A stretch of 64,000 nucleotides of DNA. It comes from Acidobacteriota bacterium (GTDB lineage Bacteria > Acidobacteriota > CAIWXX01). Below, in pieces: positions 1 through 6,625 of this stretch. Location of the stretch: contig JBFMAF010000018.1 in NCBI GenBank assembly GCA_040755995.1, positions 64,001 to 128,000 of the forward strand, given 5' to 3'. The notes under the pieces were generated by a model. It ran no database searches. It saw only the letters and a list, made by a program, of their open reading frames with translations, and had not been told where the DNA came from. Position numbers and translations under genes: made by a program. How positions within the stretch are numbered: position 1 is the stretch's first letter; the number at the start of each line of letters is the position of its first letter.

Positions 1-411
1 CGACATGTTGACGTGGTCATTAGGCCGGACCGGCCTGTTGGGATCATCGAGCGAGTAACCCAGTATCTGGGCGGCACGATTCGCGATCACCTCGTTGGCG
101 TTCATGTTGTGGCTCGTGCCGGCTCCGGCCTGGAACGGATCCACCACGAAGTGCTCGTCCAGCTTTCCGTCGATCACTTCCTGCGCGGCATCTATCACGG
201 CGTCCGCAAGCCCTGTTTCCAGAAGCTCCAGATCTCTGTTCACCTCCGCCGCGGCCCGCTTGATCACGCCCATCGACCAGATGAACGCGCGATACGGCCT
301 CTTGCCTGAGACGGGGAAGTTCAGCACGGCGCGCTGTGTCTGCGCGCCGTACAGGGCGCCCGCCGGTACGCGCACGTCGCCGAGCGAGTCGCGCTCGATC
401 CGGTCTGCCAT
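1..411 (-). CDS. Class II fumarate hydratase / aspartate ammonia-lyase family, N-terminal part (runs off the window start)
   Basis: Minus-strand translation from ATG 411 gives [33 protein letters not shown]...[21 protein letters not shown]...PNDHVNMS, the FumC/AspA signatures. FumC vs AspA is not resolvable from this fragment. Confidence 0.9.
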   Translation of the reverse strand, partial: MADRIERDSLGDVRVPAGALYGAQTQRAVLNFPVSGKRPYRAFIWSMGVIKRAAAEVNRDLELLETGLADAVIDAAQEVIDGKLDEHFVVDPFQAGAGTSHNMNANEVIANRAAQILGYSLDDPNRPVRPNDHVNMS

Positions 412-431
412 CGCCGCGCTCGCCGCGACCG

Positions 432-851
432 TCAACCCATCAGGTCGGCACTCGAGAAGAAGAACGCCAGCTCCGTCCGCGCGGTCTCGGGCGCATCCGA
501 TCCGTGAATGGCGTTGCGCTCGACGTTCGTCCCGAACTGCGCTCGGATGGTACCCTTCTCGGCCTTGGCCGAGTCGGTGGCGCCCATGACTTTCCGGAGA
601 TGTTCGATGGCGTTCTCGCGTTCAAGCGCCAGCACCCACACAGGCCCGGACGTCATGAAGCTCACCAATGATGAGTAGAAGGGCCGTTCGCGATGAACTG
701 CATAAAAGGTCCTGGCCTGCTCCTCCGTCAAGCGCGTCTTCCGCGCTGCCAGGATCTCGAAGTCCTCGTGCTCCAGTCGCTGAATGATCGCTCCGACGTT
801 GCGACGCGCCACCGTGTCTGGTTTGAGAATCGTCAGTGTCTGCTGCTTCAT
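432..851 (-). CDS. ndk: Nucleoside diphosphate kinase
   Basis: [12 protein letters not shown]...FMTSGP...[21 protein letters not shown] at 851 with GGAGG upstream. Confidence 0.97.
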   Translation of the reverse strand: MKQQTLTILKPDTVARRNVGAIIQRLEHEDFEILAARKTRLTEEQARTFYAVHRERPFYSSLVSFMTSGPVWVLALERENAIEHLRKVMGATDSAKAEKGTIRAQFGTNVERNAIHGSDAPETARTELAFFFSSADLMG

Positions 852-1055
852 TCGTGATCTGCCTCCTGCGGTGCCGACCGCCACGCTCTCTGCTCGCGGT
901 GTTCGTTCTCGAGGTAGTCTCATGTCCTCTCGCTCTCGTCGTGCCTCGGCCGTCGTCTGGTGCAGGATGCTGTCCCTCCTGGGTGCTCCCGCCGCATCCC
1001 CGGGCTCCCGGGCACGCCGTCAAGATAATGACCGGTCGGCGAAATGTCAAGAATA

Positions 1056-1090
1056 GTTGACGGTTGACAGTTGTCGGTTGTCAGTTGTCA
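1056..1090. repeat. Heptamer tandem array (GTTGWCR) x5
   Basis: GTTGACG GTTGACA GTTGTCG GTTGTCA GTTGTCA read directly. Confidence 0.9.
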
Positions 1091-1161
1091 GTGGCCCTGC
1101 TAGCATGCACGAGATGTGAGTCTGAGGTCGCGGACCACTTGCTTAGCAGGAGATACCCATC

Positions 1162-2130
1162 ATGCACTTTCCTGTGTCCGGCGTGGACGTGAATCCGTTC
1201 ATCCCGCCGCTTGTTTCATTCGTGGTCGCCACGTGCACGACACCGGCAGGTGTTTCGGGCGCGTTCCTTCTGCTGCCCTTCCAGGTCAGCGTGCTCGGGT
1301 TCACCACTCCGGCGGTGAGTCCGACGAATCTCATCTACAACATCATCGCCATACCCGGCGGTCTATATCGCTACATCCGCGATCGGCGGATGGCGTGGCC
1401 GCTGACGTGGGTGGTGATCACGGCCACGCTGCCGGGCGTTTTCGTCGGGGGCTGGTTGCGCATCCACTACTTTCTGAACCCCCGCGCGTTCAAGCTCTTC
1501 GTCGGTCTAGTGCTGCTGTACCTGGGCGGGCGTCTTCTCTACGAGACGACTGGGCGGTATCTCAGCCGCAAGAGCGAGCTCAGTACGGTGGAGAGGAAGT
1601 TCCAGGAGAGGGTGCGGGAGTTGAAAGCTGCCGGGCAGTCGAGGCTTGCAGAGGGCCTGCCTGCTGAGGCGGTAGTGAAGGCCAAGTCATGGTCGCTTCG
1701 CAAAATCGAGTACACGTTCTGGGGCGAGACATTCTCGTTCAGTACGATCGCCGTGTTCATCCTCGCGCTCGTCGTCGGGATCATCGGCGGCATATACGGA
1801 ATCGGCGGCGGCGCCATCATCGCTCCGTTTGTGGTCTCGGTGCTGGGGCTGCCGATCTACACGGTTGCCGGGGCCGCGCTGGCCGGGACATTCCTGACCT
1901 CGATCGCGGGCGTGGCGTTCTTCCAGGGGTTGGGTGCTACGGGCGCCAGTGCGCACCTGGCCGTCAGCCCCGACTGGCTGCTCGGCCTGCTCTTCGGCAT
2001 CGGCGGCTTCCTTGGCACGTACTGCGGCGCGCGCCTCCAGCGCTACATGCCCGAGCGCCTCATCCGAGGCGTGCTCGGAGTCATCGTTACCGTCCTGGCG
2101 CTTCAGTACGTCGTACAGTACTTCCTCTGA
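1162..2130 (+). CDS. Sulfite exporter TauE/SafE family membrane protein
   Basis: Two hydrophobic halves with GVSGAFLLLP and GIYGIGGGAIIAP motifs; AGGAG RBS. Confidence 0.85.
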   Translation: MHFPVSGVDVNPFIPPLVSFVVATCTTPAGVSGAFLLLPFQVSVLGFTTPAVSPTNLIYNIIAIPGGLYRYIRDRRMAWPLTWVVITATLPGVFVGGWLRIHYFLNPRAFKLFVGLVLLYLGGRLLYETTGRYLSRKSELSTVERKFQERVRELKAAGQSRLAEGLPAEAVVKAKSWSLRKIEYTFWGETFSFSTIAVFILALVVGIIGGIYGIGGGAIIAPFVVSVLGLPIYTVAGAALAGTFLTSIAGVAFFQGLGATGASAHLAVSPDWLLGLLFGIGGFLGTYCGARLQRYMPERLIRGVLGVIVTVLALQYVVQYFL

Positions 2131-2175
2131 TCTGCGAGGTCCCGCCCCAGGCACCCCGCACAGGGTAGCCCGTCG

Positions 2176-2850
2176 TCAGATCAATCGATTGCGGATCGCC
2201 TTTGCCACGGCCTCCGACTTAGAGTGCACCTGGAGTTTCTCATAGATGTTCCGCACGTGGAATCCCACGGTGTGAACGCTGCAGCCGAGCTGTGCTGCGG
2301 CGCTCTTGTGGCTGTGGCCGTCGCCCAGCATCTTGAGCAGCCGGCTCTCGTGCGGTGTCAGCTGGCACTCGGCCCGCTCCACGGGGCGGATTTCGCGAAA
2401 GAGCTTAATGACTCTCGTGGCGACCTCGGGAGACATCGGAGCTCCGCCGGCGGCTGCTTCCTTGAGGCATTCGATGAGACGCCCGGGAGGAGTCTTCTTG
2501 AGCAGATAGCCCGACGCGCCGGCGCAAAGCGCGTCGAAGATGCGTTCATCGTCCTCGTAGACTGTCAGGGCCACGAAGGACATACGCGGCCACCGCTCTT
2601 TCAGCAGCCGTATTCCGTCGATCCCATTCATCCCGGGCAATCCGATATCCATGAGCACGATGTCGGGAAGGTCGGACGGCATTCTCGAGACGGCCTCCTC
2701 GACACTCCCGTAGGATCCGGTGCAGCGGTACCCTTCGGTGTTTTCGATCAGGAACGCCAGCCCTTCTCGAATCCCCACCTGGTCCTCCACGATCGCGACC
2801 GCCATTTCCCGTGCCTGGCTGTCGGCCTCCATCTGTCGAACCGCCGTCAT
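2176..2850 (-). CDS. NarL/LuxR-family response regulator (REC + HTH)
   Basis: IVED...LMDIGLPGMNG...GASGYLLK...LTPHE...IYEKLQVHSKSEAVAKA. Confidence 0.95.
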   Translation of the reverse strand: MTAVRQMEADSQAREMAVAIVEDQVGIREGLAFLIENTEGYRCTGSYGSVEEAVSRMPSDLPDIVLMDIGLPGMNGIDGIRLLKERWPRMSFVALTVYEDDERIFDALCAGASGYLLKKTPPGRLIECLKEAAAGGAPMSPEVATRVIKLFREIRPVERAECQLTPHESRLLKMLGDGHSHKSAAAQLGCSVHTVGFHVRNIYEKLQVHSKSEAVAKAIRNRLI

Positions 2851-2903
2851 CTGCTCCCTCCTTGCTCCTCCCAGAGCTTAGCGTATCCGCGCGCCGGGTG
2901 CAC

Positions 2904-2919
2904 CTACGTATTCACGTAG
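2904..2919. promoter_or_regulatory. Palindromic operator CTACGT-ATTC-ACGTAG upstream of the regulator's -10 (TAAGCT, 2875-2880 minus strand)
   Basis: Perfect 6-4-6 inverted repeat, identical in the duplicate at 9906-9921 with the same 23-nt spacing to TAAGCT. Confidence 0.7.
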
Positions 2920-3072
2920 CTGCCTCCCGGAGGGATCCGCACCCCTGAGTACTGGATCACGCGGGCACCTGGCCGGCTCGCAGACGCGAAGCAGGCCGCT
3001 GCGGTGGGCTCGCTCGCAACGACGAAGGGTACGGGCGCGCGTCGAAATGCCGCGCGCCTTGTCGCTACACAC

Positions 3073-3120
3073 CTACGCACTTGCGTGAGTGACAGAGGGT
3101 GTCGGCCGTGCGAGCATACT
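3073..3120 (+). promoter_or_regulatory. Second, imperfect operator CTACGC-N4-GCGTGA plus downstream -10-like CATACT
   Basis: Conserved with identical 26-nt spacing at 10041-10088. Confidence 0.55.
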
Positions 3121-3150
3121 GGACGAGGCGAGAAGAAGGGAGGAAACAGC

Positions 3151-5304
3151 ATGATTCACAAGCATTGTGGGGCTACGGCTATCACAGCTGCGGTTGCGGC
3201 GCTGCTCACGGCATGGACGGCGCCCGTGTCCGGCGGTGTGCCGGATGCGCGATACGCCAACGCACGTCTGCAGTTCACTGCCGGGGGGCACGCGCTCGGG
3301 TTCGACCGGGGTGCGATTCACCTGGCGTCGCAAGACCACATGCTGAGAGTGGAGATGGTGGGCGCGAGGGGCATGGAACCCGTGGTGGAGAGCGATGGCG
3401 GGCCTGTGGACCAGGGGACGGCTGGTCAGCAACTGGGACGGCTCCGCTACCCTGATGCGTGGGACGGGGTTAGCGTGGTGCACGAGGGCACCGACCAGTC
3501 CGTGCTGAGAAGCAGCTATCAGATCGCTGCCGGTGCGGGCAAGGCGGCAATCGAGCGCATACGCCTTCGCTACAACCGTCCGGTGCGCGTGGACGATCGC
3601 GGCAACGTGGCGATCTCTTACGAGAGCGGTGAGATGATCGCGAGCGATCCTGTCGCATGGCAAGAGACAGAGAGCGGGCGGACTGCGGTCCGGGCCGACT
3701 ATGGCATTCTGGGCGAAACGGAGGTGGGGTTCGAGGTGGGGGCATACGATCCGAACCTCCCGCTCATCATCGACGGCGAGCTGAGCTGGAACACGTTTCT
3801 GGGCTGTAGTGACGGGGACCATGCAGCAGGTATTGCGGTGGACAGCAGTGGGAATGTGTACGTGACGGGCGGCAGCCAGGGGTCGTGGGGCTCGCCAGTC
3901 AGGCCGTACGCAGCGTTTGGCGATGCGTTCGTCGCGAAGCTGGATGCGAGTGGGTCGCTGGTCTGGAATACGTTCATCGGCGGAAACGGTTTGGATTCTG
4001 GATATGGCATTGCGGTGGACAGCAGCGGATGCGCGTACGTAACGGGGTCCAGCACTGAATCCTGGGGCTCGCCCATGAGGCTCCACACCGGCAGTTTTGA
4101 TGCCTTCGCTGCGAAGCTGGATGCGAACGGGTGGCTGGTCTGGAACACGTTCCTGGGCGACTTGAGCATGGACTCCGGAGCAGGCATAGCGGTTGACGGG
4201 TACGGGAACGCCTACGTCACGGGATACAGCATTGGATCATGGGGCTCTCCCGTGCGGCCTTACACCGGGTATTTCGACGCCTTCGCCGCCAAGCTCAATG
4301 CCACTGGAACGCTGCTGTGGAACACCTTCCTCGGCGGCAGCCCCGGTGACATCGGGAACGGAATCGCAGTTGACGGTGCTGGAAACGCCTACGTCACGGG
4401 GTCCAGCAATGGATCATGGGGCTCCCCCGTGAGGGCGTACACGGCGGACGAGGACGCCTTCGCGGCTAAGTTGGACGCGGCCGGAGCGCTGGTTTGGAAC
4501 ACCTTCCTCGGCGCCAGCGCCGTCCGGAACACTCACCTGGGCGGTAGTAAGGCCAATGACAGCGGGGAAGGTATCGCGGTTGACGGGGCTGGAAACGCCT
4601 ATGTCACTGGACACAGCTGTGGATCATGGGGCGCGCCGGTCAGCCCCTACAACGCGGGCGACGACGCCTTCGCCGCAAAGCTGGATCCGAACGGAGTGCT
4701 GGTCTGGAATAGCTTCCTTGGCGGCACCGGGGGTGACTATGGATCTGGCATCGCGGTTGACGGCGCTGGAAACGCGTACGTCACGGGACAGAGCGGTGCC
4801 GCCTGGGGCTCTCCCGTGCGGGCCTTCACCGGGGAGAACGACGCGTTTGCTGCGAAGCTGAACGCCGGCGGGTCGGTCCTCTGGGGCACCTTCCTGGGGG
4901 GCAGTCAAGATGACGAGGGGCGTGGGATTTGCGTGGACACCAGTCGAAACGCATACGTGGCAGGCATCAGCCATACATCCTGGGGCTCACCCGTCAGGGC
5001 ACACGCGGGAGAAGCTGATGCATTCGTCGCGAAGCTCGTGCAGAATCCCCCAGCCCCGACGATCACGCAGATCAAGTCGAAGCGCGCCACGCCGGGCAGC
5101 AAGGCCACGATCGTCGGCACCGGGTTCTCGACCACCAAGAACGACAACGTCGTGTACTTCGGCAAGAAGAAGGCCGAGATAACGAGGGCCAGAGCGACCA
5201 GGCTCAACGTGAAGATCCCGTCGAATTGCAAGAAAGGGAAGGTCAACGTGTACGCGACCGTCAAGGGGATCAAGAGTAACATCGTGCAGTTCACGGTGAA
5301 ATAG
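3151..5304 (+). CDS. Secreted SBBP beta-propeller repeat protein with Lys-rich C-terminal IPT/TIG-like domain
   Basis: Signal peptide after ATG 3151 (GGAGG RBS); seven repeats WNTFLGG..D.G.GIAVD..GN.YVTG.S..SWGSP..DAF.AKL; C-terminus P.IT.I....PGSK.TI.GTGF. Confidence 0.88.
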   Translation: MIHKHCGATAITAAVAALLTAWTAPVSGGVPDARYANARLQFTAGGHALGFDRGAIHLASQDHMLRVEMVGARGMEPVVESDGGPVDQGTAGQQLGRLRYPDAWDGVSVVHEGTDQSVLRSSYQIAAGAGKAAIERIRLRYNRPVRVDDRGNVAISYESGEMIASDPVAWQETESGRTAVRADYGILGETEVGFEVGAYDPNLPLIIDGELSWNTFLGCSDGDHAAGIAVDSSGNVYVTGGSQGSWGSPVRPYAAFGDAFVAKLDASGSLVWNTFIGGNGLDSGYGIAVDSSGCAYVTGSSTESWGSPMRLHTGSFDAFAAKLDANGWLVWNTFLGDLSMDSGAGIAVDGYGNAYVTGYSIGSWGSPVRPYTGYFDAFAAKLNATGTLLWNTFLGGSPGDIGNGIAVDGAGNAYVTGSSNGSWGSPVRAYTADEDAFAAKLDAAGALVWNTFLGASAVRNTHLGGSKANDSGEGIAVDGAGNAYVTGHSCGSWGAPVSPYNAGDDAFAAKLDPNGVLVWNSFLGGTGGDYGSGIAVDGAGNAYVTGQSGAAWGSPVRAFTGENDAFAAKLNAGGSVLWGTFLGGSQDDEGRGICVDTSRNAYVAGISHTSWGSPVRAHAGEADAFVAKLVQNPPAPTITQIKSKRATPGSKATIVGTGFSTTKNDNVVYFGKKKAEITRARATRLNVKIPSNCKKGKVNVYATVKGIKSNIVQFTVK

Positions 5305-5471
5305 CGTCTCTCTTCATCACAGGGAGGCGGCGCGGGCTACCCACGTAACAACGCGAACAGAGACATTTCCCTATGGATCAAGCGATGGAATGCCCCGGGG
5401 CAGCCGGGCCCGCGTCGCTTCGAATTCGATCGGGCATTGTGTTGATTCTCACATTACAAGGAGGTAAGGTA

Positions 5472-6251
5472 ATGAACAAGCGTGCGATCCTGGCGCTCCT
5501 GGCGGCCTCAGGCCTCATGGTGTGCCTCTCATTCGCGCAGGAGGCCGCCCAGCTGGAAGGCGCGGCCCTGGGCAACACCCAGGCCGGTTGGAGATGGTGC
5601 AGCAAGTGCGACGGCCTGCACTTCATCACCAACGGCCTCGGCTCCTGCCCCGCCGGTGGGACGCACAGTACGAGCGGGAGCGGCACCTACGTGCTCGTGA
5701 ACAACGATGCCAAGGCCCAAGGCCAGCACGGGTGGCGCTACTGCTTCCGGTGCGATGGGCTGTTCTACCCCGGCTCGGACAATGGCGTCTGTCCCGCCGG
5801 TGGCGCCCACGACGCCACGGGGAGCGGTGACTACTGCCTCATTGCCGGCGTCCAGGCGCAGGTTGGTCAAAGCGGTTGGCGATTCTGCAACAAGTGCAAC
5901 GGTCTCCACTACGCCGCCAGCGCCCCATACGGGACATGCCCCGCCGGTGGCCAACACACCACGACTGGCTCCGGCGAGTACATGCTGTTGAGCGAATCCA
6001 AGCTCCCGACCCTCTGGGGCAAGGTGACCAACTCCGCCGCGCAGCCGGTAGCCAATGCACAGGTGCAGGCAACCAAGGGCGGCGCCACTCTCAAGACCAA
6101 GACGAAGGCCGACGGGACCTACTGCTTCACCGGGATCACATTGGGCAAGAACACTATCAAGGCCACCAAGAAGAAAGTCGGCGATGCGACGGGAACCGTC
6201 AAGATCAAGACCGGCGACACGAAGAGCGTCAATCTTGAGCTGAAGAAATAG
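5472..6251 (+). CDS. Secreted protein, 3x Cys/His repeat (WRWCxKC...CPAGGxH) + C-terminal carboxypeptidase-regulatory-like domain (paralog 1)
   Basis: GGAGGT RBS, signal peptide MNKRAILALLAA..SFA, three ~48-aa repeats, GKV...G.Y.F..I..G..TI.A C-terminal domain. Confidence 0.85.
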   Translation: MNKRAILALLAASGLMVCLSFAQEAAQLEGAALGNTQAGWRWCSKCDGLHFITNGLGSCPAGGTHSTSGSGTYVLVNNDAKAQGQHGWRYCFRCDGLFYPGSDNGVCPAGGAHDATGSGDYCLIAGVQAQVGQSGWRFCNKCNGLHYAASAPYGTCPAGGQHTTTGSGEYMLLSESKLPTLWGKVTNSAAQPVANAQVQATKGGATLKTKTKADGTYCFTGITLGKNTIKATKKKVGDATGTVKIKTGDTKSVNLELKK

Positions 6252-6266
6252 CGCTGCTTCCTCCGA

Positions 6267-6318
6267 GAGGCGTCGCCCAGGGGCACGAGGCACCGAGCGG
6301 TCCCTGCGGCGACGCCTC
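6267..6318 (+). other. GC-rich stem-loop after paralog 1, conserved after paralog 2 (10994-11044)
   Basis: GAGGCGTCGCCCAGGGG...CCCTGCGGCGACGCCTC; no U-tract. Confidence 0.6.
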
Positions 6319-6343
6319 GCCTCAAGAGATCGCCGCGATACTC

Positions 6344-6406
6344 CGATGCGAGGTGCGTGGTCGAGGACGAATTCGGGCGGATCTACGTCGGGACATCCTG
6401 CAGCGT
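6344..6406 (+). pseudogene. 63-bp relic of the sensor kinase gene (copy of 13042-13104)
   Basis: 62/63 nt identical; encodes DARCVVEDEFGRIYVGTSCS. Confidence 0.9.
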
Positions 6407-6625
6407 ACAACACGCTCAACCGCCGCCACGGCCGGCCCTCGGCGCCGATCTCTTCGAACCCGACATAGCGCATCCCCAGGCGCGCCACGCCCGGTTTACG
6501 GCTTGGCGAGGAACCCGTACCTGCCCCCGGCGCGTGGCGCAATCGGCGATCCCCAGTTGTCACAACAACTCGCTTCGTTTAGTATTGAGATGTCGCCCTG
6601 CGACACCTTCATTGGTGAGTCCGTA

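Noticed and set aside
3780..5040. ~180-bp periodic DNA repeats that might be CRISPR or DGR repeats
   Set aside because: They are in-frame SBBP protein repeats with synonymous divergence; no spacers, cas genes or reverse transcriptase
6344..6406. 63-bp repeat as a DGR template/variable repeat
   Set aside because: Too short, only one mismatch, not at a C-terminal variable region, and no RT gene in the window
6353..6625. N-terminal 90-aa extension of the CHAT ORF as given in the ORF track
   Set aside because: It begins inside the kinase relic in an alternative frame; low-complexity, no RBS
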